A stretch of 64,000 bases of DNA from Phoronis australis (Eukaryota; Animalia; Phoronida): contig NMRA01000421.1 in assembly GCA_002633005.1 (NCBI GenBank), forward strand, positions 10,574 through 74,573, given 5' to 3'. The translations under genes and the position numbers were made by a program. The notes below the pieces were generated by a model, which was given only the letters and a program-made list of their open reading frames with translations, did not search any database and was not told the origin of the DNA. This document shows positions 1 to 12,300 of this stretch, piece after piece. Within the stretch, counting starts at the first letter, position 1. Each line of letters starts with the position of its first letter.

Positions 1-427
1 TGTCCAATACCACGTACCTGCTGGCTGTTACCTAGTTGTCAATGGTAAATAGATGATGATTCATATCCACTGTCTCTGTTCAATTTTGGTTTGTTGCTCA
101 TGATTCCAGCCGGTCGCCGATAAGTACCCTATCATAAATGGGCGGCGCACCCTATAGGGGGCTGGAGGCTATAGCCCCCCACTTTTTTCAGTGCTGTCAA
201 AATTAGCCATTAACAGACTTGTTTTGCCGTTAGGAGATCATACCTTCCAAGTCTGAAATTGCAACCCATGTCTATTACATGGGCGGCGCACTGAGAAGCG
301 AAAAGTGGGAGGCTAAAGCCTCCACAGCCCCCCTCCCTGTGGTGCATCGCCTATAGACCATGGGCAGTGCAGCACTGAAAAACGTGAGGGTATAGCCCCC
401 CAGATCCCTACGGTGCGCCACTCATGC

Positions 428-738
428 CAGTGGCGGATTTATAGGGGGCAAGGGGGCCATGGCCCCCTTAAAATTCTACCAGATACCATATGGCAGTTCG
501 GGTGCAAATTGCTGACTAGCACATGCCCGCAACCAGGGGGGCTCAGGGGGTGAATAAACAATGCATAGGCCCTGAACAAACCCCGTTTACTTTTTTTTAG
601 TCAGAAGGTCCGCAAACCCAAAAATTCGAGACCTCCTGCATCCCTACATTTTAGGCTGGGTGCGCGCATCTCTAGTGCCGAAATTATCGTGATTCCTGTG
701 CCCTGGCCCCCTAACTCAAAATCCTGGATCCAATCCTG
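428..738 (+). mobile_element. hAT-type MITE (CAGTGGCGGAT...GGATCCAATCCTG termini), copy 1
   Basis: Short imperfect TIRs; the whole ~310 bp recurs in inverted orientation at 2026-2342. No clean TSD found. Confidence 0.7.
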
Positions 739-1765
739 CATGCTATACTAAAGATGCACGTGTTTATTCATTTTAACGTTATTGTAAGCTTTTCTTGTTG
801 GCAAAGGCAATACTGTATTCAGACGGTGACGGATATTAATGCTTTTTTTTGTATTGACAATGACATGATGCGTTTCCTGACAGGCAATTACCAATAGTTG
901 TTCTCAAGTTATTGACAATGACATGTATACATTTATTACTGAAGATGGCCATTTTTACCTGCCGACGTAGGCTTAATATGCCTTTAACGTAGGAACCAGT
1001 ACTGGTCCCTAGCTTTAACTAACTGCTGATAGTTGATTTGATAAAATATGAATGGTTTTCGAGAGCTGGATATTATCGTAGAAAACAAACTAGCCTAAAG
1101 TTAGTGTATTCAATAGGCATCTTGGCTTGTTTTATGGGGACATGCAAGGCAGGTCTATTGGACTGCAGGCAGTAATTCCACATCTTGCTGGTGAGGTTTC
1201 AACCCCCTACTCCTGTTTCCCCCAGTTTCATTCATCTCATCTTCACCCCAATTCGCTACCCATTTCGAATACCATAAGGCACGAATGCTCGAGGTCCAGT
1301 GCCCTGTTCCATGAAACAGTTCCACTAGAAAAGGCGATTCCACTATGTTCCTTAAATCTCTTTCGTATTTGTGAGTAGATATGAATTTAGAATTTGTACA
1401 AAAAATAGTGTAACTTTGAAACGGTTTTTCTTAGCAGTCAAGAGGAATTTAGTTATGGGGTATGCGTGTGTGTGTGTGTGCGTGTCTGGGTATTCTTTGT
1501 CTTTTTGTGGTATTGTAATGTTTTTCTCATTGCCAATAAATGTATAAGAAAAAAAGAATCTTTTCATGCAAAGCTCCTAATTTAAGGACTAAGTCCCGAA
1601 ATATTTTGACTGGATTAAGGACTCAGTTTTTAGTTATATTATTAGAAAACGCCATCATAAGTCAATAGAGGAGCTCGTTAAAAAGATAAAATGATGGAAA
1701 AATATAACAACTATATGAGTAAAGAACGACACATACGCAAACGATTTAGGCAAATCAGTTGAGCA

Positions 1766-1925
1766 CAGGCGGATACTGGGGGTCAAAGGGGTCCGTACCC
1801 ATTTTCTTTGATTTTAGTAATATCAAATCTAGAATTTTCAAATTGTTGACTTGTATTACCCTTCTTAAGAAATCTTCCATCCGATCCCCCCCCCCCTATT
1901 TTTAAAAATCCTGGATCTCTTCCTG
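1766..1925. mobile_element. Small hAT-type MITE
   Basis: caggcggatac ... cctggatctcttcctg termini, degenerate versions of CAGGGGCGGATCCAGG-type TIRs. Confidence 0.45.
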
Positions 1926-2025
1926 TTGAGTCCCTATTTGGGAGTGTTTCATAACTGAGCACAGACCTCCCTGCTATAATGTATAATGTCGTAAGGTGTG
2001 AATTTTTGAAACAAACATCTGGACC

Positions 2026-2342
2026 TAGGGCGGATCCAGGATTTTGCGTTGGGGGAAAGGGTACAGGAACAACCAAAATTTCGGCAGATGCGCGCGCCCA
2101 TCCTAAAATGTCGGGATGCAGGGGTCTCGAATTTTTGGTTTTGCGGACATTTTGAATACAAAAAAACGGTAAACGGGATTTGTCCAGGGCCTATGCCATT
2201 GTTTGTTCACCCCCTGAGCCCCCCTGGTTGCGCGCATGTTCTAGTCAGCAATTCGCACCCGAACTGCCAAATGGTATCTGGCAGAATTTTAGGGGGCCAT
2301 GGCCCCCTTTCCCCTCCTCCCCCCCTTCTAAATCCTCCACTG
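2026..2342 (-). mobile_element. hAT-type MITE, inverted copy 2 of 428-738
   Basis: Reverse complement is colinear with 428-738 (e.g. ggcagttcgggtgc, gcaaccagggggg, aaaaattcgagacc). Confidence 0.7.
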
Positions 2343-2965
2343 GGACCCGTGTTTGGATGCCCAAATACATATACATGTAGGACAGTTCTTGAACATTGGC
2401 GGAGGACAGCGAAACATTTGATGGTTGGGAGGAGGACTAGTCTATTAATTTTTCAATTTTAATTCAAAACATTTTTTGTAATTTATTGTTAATTTATAGA
2501 TATTAACACTTGGGATATCATTGGGGGGCAAAAAGTTATCTCCGGACCCAACTTTTTGGTTGAAGGGTCCCCCACTCCCCGTTTTACTCCTACCAGTCGT
2601 CTTCAATAGATCTATGATATGTTTTTTACTTCCCTGGACCCCCTGGAAAAAATCCTACAGGTTCTGCATCTTCCCAGCCTCCAATCACTTATTTCACCTT
2701 CTCATCTCTTGCTTATGATGCATTTCTCGTATTACCCTTGCTACCCACTAATTTTTTCTTGACTTACTCTATATGTTTTACCTAGTAGCCTAGAGGAGTT
2801 CAACCTTTTTTTGAAAAAAGTGCAATATTGTGGAAACTATCTAAGCTGGTTCATCCATAAGCGCTGTGCGAGAAAAGCGGTCTGTCAGCCAATATATGGT
2901 GTAAATTTAAGCGATCTAATTTCATCTATCTTATAAAAATTGGCATTTTAAAATGTCCACCTTCT

Positions 2966-4990
2966 GGCGCCCAACTTGCCTCGGCCCGAGGCAAGTTAGG
3001 CCCACCCACGGGGCAAGTTCGGCCTCCATTGAAGTACTCTTAAAATGAACAAAAACACATGTTTGCAAAATTTTGTGTTGGTGTATGCCTGTTTATTTGT
3101 CCCAAAGGACCGTAAATACACAAGAATTATGGCTTGAATGTCAACTGTCTATTAAATATACTTCGCAAATGTCATAAGCCTTCACATATTAAATTGATGA
3201 TCGAATGCTACTTTTTAAATAAGGAGCCATTAGAAGTAAACATGGTGAGAGTTTAAACGTATTTGCATTAGTCCTCATTCGAGTTACAGCTGTGGCACAC
3301 AACGGAGGACAGCATCCCATCGTCAGCACATTCCTTATGGGCCCACCCTTTGCACTCAACGTAGGGGACCCACTTTTCTTTACTCCTGCTGTTAGAATAT
3401 GGTTCTAGACAAACGAGGCAAAACACTCCTGTTCAGACTCGCTGTCTGAAGATGGGGATGGCGATTTCTCTTCTTTTTGTTTTTTTTTTTTATGTCAACA
3501 GCAAGTTTTCTCGCAGGTTTCTTCTAAGTCTTAACCCCTTAGCCTGTTCTCTCAAGCCTTTTTCTCTGGTGTAAAAGTAAGAATGGCCGATTTTATCCGT
3601 TTTCTGTTTCCACCTGTAGTTTTGCGCGGTGGATCTGTTGGGCGTGGTCTCACTGCTTGTACTGCAGTCAGTAGCACGTAGTAATACACTTTATTCGCGT
3701 TACGACAAAAATACAATTAATACAAATTTACGCTTATGGAGACTCCGTGAAGGACCCGAAGGGCCCGCTGACCACGGAGCCACCAGAGAATAAAGATAAA
3801 ATACAGTGTTACAGATAATCAGAATTACAAAATTAGGTGGTAATGTAATTTGAAACTGCTTGTAAAACGACTAGGAGAGATTTTCGAAAATAGTTACTTA
3901 CGAAGCAGTTGGGAATAGTGCACTCAAGTTCATGACTGTCAAACAAACGTTTTTAAAATAATCTATAACAGAGGATATCGAATGGGTAAAAAATTTTTGG
4001 GAAACTCTTTCAGGAAGGTTATTAATGATATGAGAGAGGGCGTTGCGAACTGAATCTTCAGCAAATGATTCAGTACAACGAGGAGTTTGTAGATGTCGGT
4101 TTTCTAGTGAATGTAATTTCATGAACAGACCCACGGGTGGCAAATACGACTTATTTCCTTGATTATCGACAATCACGGGCTGCTGAATCTGATTCCAGGG
4201 ATTGCTCAGGATGGGGAGGCGATTCTGGGGTCTTGCAAACTGCCCCATCGTAATGAGCACTAACGCCAGAACCTTGTAAATTGAGTCCAAGGCATTGATG
4301 GATAGATGTGAATCGTGGTTATCAAGAAGAATGAGTACGGGAGCATCTTTTGATGGTTTGACATTTTCAACGAAATACAGAAGAAACATGGTGAAGTTGT
4401 TAGCTGTCATCCAACCTGATGGATGAGCGGTTCCTTTTGAGCCTGCAGGTGCTCCGTTTATAAGTATTCCTTATAATGCGCTCGAGAATAAATCAAGAAG
4501 TTTGGTATGGTCTGACCGCTGCCCTTAGAGTATCTGATTCTCTTGATTTAGTTTTTCTCTTGTAATGTCAATCCATGCTTAGGGAAAAATTCTGAAAAAT
4601 AAAAGAAATAAATGGTAATTAAAACTTGGCATTGTATTTGTTCAAGGCCAGACGATACCCCGTAAATGTAGATCACAAGCCAGACGGTTTACTTTTGAAC
4701 CTGTTCTGGCTTCGCATCAGAGAGTAAAACACTTTCACATTTTTAGTGCCCACAGTATTTACGTTTAAAAATCATATTTTTGTTCACAAACCTTAAAAAT
4801 GACAATGTGTTACCAAAGAAACATATTCATATAAGGTGAGTTTGTGGAATCTCATGATGAAGGCTACTCATTAAATTTCCTGAAAAAAAATTATTGATAA
4901 TATATCAAGTAAAGTGAACGGGGCAAGTTCGGCACCTGGCCAGACTAGCTGAGCCCCATGTTAACGGGCCCAACTTGCCCCGCTAGCTCT
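2966..4990 (-). mobile_element. Degenerate pogo/Tigger-like (DDE_1) DNA transposon with C-terminal PHD finger
   Basis: Minus strand reads GAPAGSKGTAHPSGWMTANNF...KPSKDAPVLILLDNHDSHL (DDE_1, ~4280-4460), SAILTFTPEK (~3565-3595) and CLVCLEPY...KW...ECKGWAHKEC...VCHSC (PHD, ~3280-3430). Inverted ggggcaagtt(c/g)ggcc motifs at ~3010 and ~4966-4981. Confidence 0.8.
3682..4140 (-). mobile_element. 3' end of a non-LTR retrotransposon (L2/Crack/Daphne-like) nested in the pogo element
   Basis: HLQTPRCTESFAEDSVRNALSHIINNLPERVSQKFFTHS resembles LINE ORF2 C-termini. It is followed by a stem-loop (3743-3779) and an AATAAA tail on the minus strand. Confidence 0.55.
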
Positions 4991-5169
4991 AAATGGAAAC
5001 ACACGTAATTACCTCATCAATGACTGAGGAATCTGAATTCATGGCCTGTCTTGAAGAGCAAGCTGTTGTTAAAACCCACGAACAAAACATTTTTACATCA
5101 ATGCTCATAGCTAGCACTGAATCGAGTGAAGCTACAAAATAAAAACTGGGTTAAAAACCAATCATCGCC

Positions 5170-7407
5170 CAGTGGCGGATCTACGGGGCTTAAACCCTCC
5201 TTAGGCCAGGACCCAAAAATAAAAAAAAATAAAAACGTCTCCAGCAAAACAAAACGGCACCCCTAGCGTGTGTAAATCCCAAGTAAACCAACTTGGAAAA
5301 ACAATGAGGGGGAGTTTACTCTGAAAATATATTTTTTTGCATTGTGAATTGCTGAGACTTCGTGGCTCATCGGCAAAATGCGCAGAGTTCAATTGTGCGC
5401 GCGCTTCCGTCGACACTTCGGAAGTAGCCAAGCATTTTAGATGCATCCACAGCTGAAAGAGCAGTTCTATAACTGATTTCTTTAGGTACTAGCTCGTTTA
5501 CTCTAAGACATGTTTCGATTTGATTAGGGGAAATACTGTGGTGCCGCAACCCTTATATTCACCGCCAGACGAATTGACTTGCAACGTTTTTACCTCATCT
5601 GTCTTGCCGTGTCATTCTATTACACTCCACACGTTTGTTACTGGTGTATAGTAAAGTTGTCTTGCGCAATATCATACAGTGTACATGTACATGTAATATT
5701 AAAAAAAAAATCGTTTTCCGAAGAATTGCTATTGTGGCGGGCGCCGTGGTCTGGTCGCGAATCCGCTTGAAGATACACTCTAACAAGTCATGTCTATACA
5801 AGGAATGACCAATGGGGGACTCTCATTGACAAAGTGACCGCATCCGCAAACAGTGTACAGTACCAGAAATTGCGGAGAGGCTGTTCTTTCACAACAAAGT
5901 CTTGCGGGACTCGTGCGATATGTTCAATAGGCCTCCTAAGAAGCCCGTTTCGACCTCAACACCTACCGTCTTTCTACCTGCAATAAACACACCACTGCCG
6001 TCTTCTGTACTGGGAATTTCCGCAGAAAGGCCCACCCGACGAAACGCTCATGCCCATGAGCATTTATTTGATGTTTCAAGCGTTCAGACATTGGGACGTA
6101 CTTATTTCGAAAATTGCAAGAGATGCAAATAGGTTCTGGGATACATCATCAAGGTTTGAAGTAGTCCATGATGAGCGGATCAAATTTGGTTGCACATGTA
6201 AGTCTTTTGAATGGGCCAACTGAGCTTTGAAACGAGATGCTGACATTGTAGGGGCTTACAAGCTCATTGACGAAGTGCAAGCGTTGGGAACAAACATCGA
6301 AGATATCTGGATAGAATGGTTCCAAGACGAGCAAACCATTGGATCCGATCAGATTAATCGGCAGTCTACTAGACAACAGAAGGATAGGATTAACGTATGA
6401 GTAACCTGGAGATTAAAAAGTGTCTAGAGAGAAGTTTTCAATTCAATTTTTTTGCATAGTACACTTTAGGTCTCACCGACGGACCAGGCCAGCTTGATTT
6501 GTGAGATGTTGAGTGGCAGTGTACTTCTGGTCCTTCGGCGAACTAGTCTTGTGATTTTTTTACCAAAGTGTGCTTTGTAAAACTATTGATCTCAGCCAGT
6601 ATTGTTTGGTCCCGCGACAGATCGACTATTTTTATAGGGATAATAAGCACAGGTGTACTCGTCTCGGTGACGGACCAGGTCATCCTTTTTGTGTACCGTC
6701 TCAGTGTACATCAGTCTGGTCCCTCTGCAACGGCTAGTCCAGTACATCTTTCACTTCACGCCACTGTGCACAGGATGTTTTGGTTTCGTGAAACGGTTTT
6801 CAGATGATTTGTTTCCTCACATATGACGTTTTTCAATTGTTGTCAACGCGTGATTCAACTAAATAAAGTGATAATTATTTATTGTCGCTTTCAATAATAG
6901 ACTCTGAGCTGAGAGCACCATCGTTCGCCAGTTTTTCTAGTAACGAGACAGAACAATACAGGTCTTCGTTCTTAAACAACTTGAGGCTGCTGTTACGCAA
7001 TCATCTGATATTCAAGTTTTTACCTCCCGTCGGTGCTCCTTAAGTTATGCCTTTCAATATTTGGAAGTTGTTTTTAAAAATACACACCACTACACTTTTT
7101 CGTATACGACTTTTCGTATGCTAACTGTGTGTGTAAGCACTGAGATCTTCCAATATTGACAAAAAAATTTGCTGTGCAGGTGGCGCCACTCCCCCATACC
7201 CAGATGTGCACAATATGGTTTCACGAAACTTATGAGCCAAGTTCATGTGACGAAATTGAGAAGGGTTTTAAGAAAAACATATGTTAAGTGCCAGAAACTT
7301 CAGTTATACCAAAAAATGTCATGCGCCTAGGATTCGACCTTTGCCGCGGGAATCCTAGCCCCTCCCCCCGCCCGCCTTACTTAAAACAGGCGTAGACTCC
7401 GCCAATG
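5170..7407 (+). mobile_element. Degenerate hAT transposon (Tip100/Blackjack, THAP12-like transposase remnant)
   Basis: TIR-like cagtggcggatcta (5170) and tagactccgccaatg (to 7407). Frameshifted peptides CTVPEI...LFFHN and KRDADIVGAYKLIDEV...RQSTRQQKDRINV at ~5850-6400. TSD not recovered. Confidence 0.55.
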
Positions 7408-8231
7408 TTGCCTGTGAGATCCACTTGAGAAAAGTGCACACAATAGCGGACTTGGGGCGGTGGCCCAACTAGCCCCGGGACCGAACTATCGGCGACTAGC
7501 CGCGCCGGCGATCCCCTTTCAGTGTATTTTTGCATTCCAATGCACTTGTTCTAAATATCTTAAAGAAAGACACTTCACAATTTCGAAGTTGACAAACTAA
7601 AATCGGCCATGGTAGTCGATGAGTGGCATACTTCGTTGGCGCACGCTGAGTGTCGCAACGGTCCATGACGCATTTGCGGTCAAATGATGAATAGTCTTGT
7701 TGATGTGTTTGGATACACCCCGGTTCCAATACTGACCAAGAGAGAGCGCTGTGTTGTTGTAGCCAATGAAGAATATTTGCCTATTGATAGTTGGCGTTCT
7801 GCAACAGTCGCAATCCTAACATTATGAAGAACTGTGTGAGCAACTCTTTATATTTAGCTTAACATCTACAAAATTCGTGATGAGAAATTGCTTAATAACT
7901 GTGTATTACATGTGTATCTAGCAACTGGCCAAATTAACGTTGTGTTGTGAGTCCCTGTACTACTTTCGTCCTGACTTAAATGGTCTCCATTTAAAACATA
8001 GGCTACGACACGTACACGTCAAACGCGGTGGACTCAGGTGGGTGAAACATCGTTACTTCGCTATGACAAAGAGGTTGAATGGAGGGAGACGTAATCATGG
8101 TGATATCGTCTTGATGTTATTACCCTAATTAAGACAGTCAAAATAACAAATAGTGTATCAGTTGTTTCAGAAAATACGTGAAGAAACGAAAGCTGTCAGC
8201 TGGTCAAGTGGTCGGCAGAGACTTTTGCCTT

Positions 8232-8304
8232 GGCCACAAGGCGTCCTCAGCTTCTGATCGTCCCCAATATTGGAGACGATCTGAAGCTGAGGACGCCTGT
8301 GGCC
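8232..8304. repeat. 73-bp near-perfect palindrome (fold-back)
   Basis: ggccacaaggcgtcctcagcttctgatcgtccccaat|attggagacgatctgaagctgaggacgcctgtggcc; the arms differ by 2 substitutions and a 1-nt indel. Confidence 0.9.
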
Positions 8305-10939
8305 TACAACTGCCTCTTCCTTCACTCCTCAGTCAGAAGCACGTACATGTAGGCGAAAGCAAGCGCATGGACGCGTAATTTTGTGGTAATAGGCGGATAC
8401 ATGGTCCCTGATATGAGAGCCAGTTACTCCCACTGAATAACGCCGGTTATTCATACAGGCACTTGGTCTTGAGTTGATCTGTTCCTCGGTCACCACCGAC
8501 GTCCCTCACTACTAATAAAACATAAAGGTAGGACACTAAAAATCGGTTTTCTCACAATTTTCCACTCAAATGGAACTCTACAAAATCAGCATTGGACAAA
8601 TCTTTGAACACCTTTCATCACATTAACGTTCCTTCAACTGATGATTTGATGGCAAAATGTCAACACCAAACTCACAAATTCAAGGAGGCTATTTGTGACA
8701 TTCATGGCAGACACCCATCTTACACATTTGGGTCTTTCACAGATGCTCCTGGAGCAATTCCAGATTCACACATCCACGAATGTTATTCGAGTACCCTCCA
8801 CATAATTTCGTGTTAGTTTGAATGTATTTTAACTCAGGTTTTGTAAAATAACATTGTCTGTATCATAAAAACCATGGGTTGCTGCGTACTAATGTAAGCC
8901 TACTACTCATTAGTGATTTCCTGCAACTAAATGTGCGATCGGACATCAGAAATTTACGCCAAAAGCCAAGTGTTCGTTGTACGGGCTTCAACCAAGAGTA
9001 GCTAGCACATATGTCAGAGATCAAACACAAGTTCTTGCAATTAAATTCTAGGTTAAGTGATATAATGAGCTATAAGAAGAAGCCAATTACACACTAGTGG
9101 AAGGTTAAGTTTAGTGACCTCAATTGCAGCCAAATTATTTGACTTTGACTTGAAGGCTTGCTTTCTCAATATCAATTTTTGGACTATGGAACCTTCGGAC
9201 TATATGGAAGTTTTTGTATCTCCTAACATTTATTGAAATAGTTCAGTCTATGAAATCTTCGAACCAATGAACTTTCGGACTGTAGAGATACACAATGTCT
9301 CGTAATGGTAAAAATGTGAGCTTCAGCGCCAGACTTCCGGCGCTTAGCCATTGTAGTGGCATACGCACTGCTCCCTTCTTTATTATGGTGTATACTAGAG
9401 GTTTGTTCTCAGAGATCAAAATAAGGCCTGGCATACAGATGACCTGAGGTTGTAGTAGAATAGTGGAGTAACTCGACTTAGTAGCAGCGTTGTGTTGTGT
9501 TGTGGACAGCCTCGGTCCGTCAGTGAGATGGTTGTATTCAGTAACTAAGTGTGGAACACTCAATTACACTAGTACAGCAACTGGCAGTAGCAAGATGAGG
9601 ACTGTCTTTATTAGACAAGTGAACGGATTTATATACAAGTTACAAATATGTGGGTTGCATGCACTAAACTTTATGATTCAATATCCTACAGGAAAAAACA
9701 GGAAGCAACTCTAAAACTTTCACAACAATCATCTGAACTACTCTGTTGTGTTTGCCATATATGGTAATGGTCAGCTGTCTTGAGGCAATGTTTCTGTGAA
9801 TGACCATTACGCAATCTTGTTTACTACAGAGATCATCAAAACATGTGTGGATGCACCGGATGGGCTGGTCGCTGACTCAGCTGACAGCCAAAACAAGCCT
9901 CTATAAACAAAAACAATTGGCTAGCAAGGAAATGATATCAATAAGAAATAACACTATCAAACTTAAACATACTAGGAATTATATGTATCATGAATGTCAC
10001 AGATTTCATGACAGAGGTGATGATGTTTACATGGGGATGCTCAACCAAGTTGTTGATTGATGAAAAGACTTTTTGCAAAATCTACTGAAAAACTCGGTGA
10101 GGTTGGCGACCCCTATGCCCATCACTCTAATGTAGTGTAAATGATAAACCGACAAAATAGCTCTTGGCACTTCTGCCAATAAATTAGCAATCATCAAATA
10201 TAAAAATCTCAAGTAACTGGCATTCCCTGACAACCCATCTTGTAGAGCCTGGTCTCGAATAAAATTGCAGTGTTTAAAGTTCAGTCTTCAACATGACTAA
10301 TTAACAATTTCATAATGGTTGGTATAAAGAAAAATTTGCTTTTTGTGATGTGAAGTAGGTTTATTGTTGACACAAGTGTAGTCAACTACATCTATTTTTC
10401 AGAACAACCCAGCTTTCTAAGAATATGATGCACAGGATTTGCCGGTTTGAGTCACCCTTGCTGACCTATGAACTATGAACTATCATAATGATGACTGTTC
10501 TAGCAGCAGATTTCTCACTTGAACTGTAAACAACCACAATTATATCCCTACTAGGTTCATGTGGCAGTTCATTTACTGCTCGCTTTAGCTACCAAACAAG
10601 TGAATAGAACTAACTTGAAACACCGATTTATCCTTAGTATCATTAAGTTCATATCTCGCCAATTTTGGACAAAACTAAGTGCCAAAACCAATGTGTGAAT
10701 GTTCACAATTTCTAAAGAAAAACATTGTCTGCCAGTAGGTACATGTACGATATTGAATTTTAAAATTGGTATAATCGTTTGTTGCTACACTTAACATAAC
10801 ATCAACTTGGGCAAAATGCGACTCGGAAATTTTCACTGATGCCTCTCTCAGGGGGCCCAATATCCAACACAGCCTCACCTCTTACCTAAGTGAAACACAG
10901 ATGATCAGGACACATCTGTGCATGAGTCATGAACCGACC

Positions 10940-11608
10940 TATCCAATTTTTGCATAACACCTTCCGGCTCTTATCTGTTTACTTCCTGTAGTATTTTGAG
11001 CATGTGTTCAGATTTGTGCATGGCGATTATTGAAGATATGATGACATATTCCTGTTTTTGGATGGATTTGACATATTTTGCGCCATCTAGTGGCCATCTT
11101 TACTGTTTTCGATTCCACCCCTCTATCTACTAAACTGCTCTACTTAAGGATGATTGTGAAAATTGGCTTGATTGTTCTTTGTGTGAAGAGGACGGTTGAC
11201 GATGATTTTCTGATGACTGACTACTGTGGCGCCTCCTAGTGGCAGTTTTTTTCTGTTTCCATGTCTTTTTCCTAAACCCACAGCAGGATCTTTGTTAAAT
11301 TTAGCAAATGTATAGTAAGTGGACAACGGACGACGTTGTTCAGATGTATCCGACGAACTCTAAGTCCCCGACTGGCAATTTCATCAATTTCGTTTTTTTC
11401 CATTTTCCTCCGTTTCTTTGAAGTTCCTTGATGGATTTTTATGAATTTGTTAAATAGCTTTTTGTTAAAGAAACGACATGTTGCCGTTTTTGGGTGGATT
11501 TTATGTATTTTGCGCCATCTAGTGGCCATTTTAGGACACAAATAAACGCCCCTGAAAGCACACCGTTTACAGTGCATTCGTAGGCGCATTTCAACGCGTT
11601 GCTCTTGC
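10940..11608 (+). mobile_element. 3' part of a Helentron-type non-autonomous element (HINE-like), same family as 22642-24543
   Basis: Shares core repeats (ggatggatttgac...cgccatctagtggcca) and the 3' end gcattcgtaggcgcatttca...gctcttg. Confidence 0.65.
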
Positions 11609-11634
11609 TACGGAAGGCATGGTTCAGAGTAACT

Positions 11635-12300
11635 TTAAAGGAACATGCCACCCAAAAAACCTTTTTGTATCAATTTAAATCGAGTAGTTCTACCAGACAA
11701 CGGCACGTTCGGTTGCGTTACCTGACACCTGACGGCAGACGGAGGTGTTGAAATTATCCAATGACGTAATTGGTTTCACACGCCGTCTGTTCAGCAGTTC
11801 AAAACACGGGTTACTGGTGTCAGCTTATCGCTTGAATTCATTGTTTAACACCAATAGATCATCAAACTTCGATGTAAAGCCCTTAAAAATACACCGAGTT
11901 TTTATAAAAACGTGTTGTTTTATTTCGCTCTTACGGATTTACTGGTATTTGGACACACTGTAGCCTACAAAGTTTGGCAGGCCAATTTACCAAGGTCCGT
12001 AGCACTGAGGAGTTTGGGGTCTGTTCGGAGAAAAATTCGAAGTATTCTTCCATGAAATACAGACAGGAGAGCCTAGATCTGTGTTGTTATACTTGTGATT
12101 TTTTGATTTCTAAACACACAAAACGCTTGTTATCCCGGCCAGTGGCTCGAAACCCGATTAGGCCTGTCGCGGCTGGACTGACTCGTTATCTGGACCAGTG
12201 GCTCGGAACCCGATCAGGCCCGTCGCGGCCACCGGGACTGGCACCTGGCATGGACATAAACAAGATTGAGTTGGAAACTAAACCTCCAGTCACCATGTGC
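11635..12300. mobile_element. Kolobok-like non-autonomous element fragment with an internal ~56-bp tandem duplication
   Basis: Begins TTAA|AGGAACATGCCAC. ccagtggctcg(a/g)aacccgat(t/c)aggcc(t/c)gtcgcggc occurs twice at ~12138 and ~12195. Right end not identified. Confidence 0.35.

Noticed and set aside
3740-3780. Hammerhead ribozyme
   Set aside because: Lacks the CUGAnGA and GAAA core in a proper three-stem arrangement.
8500-10900. Scattered splice-like signals and short ORFs
   Set aside because: No consistent frame or recognisable domain; probably very old repeat debris.
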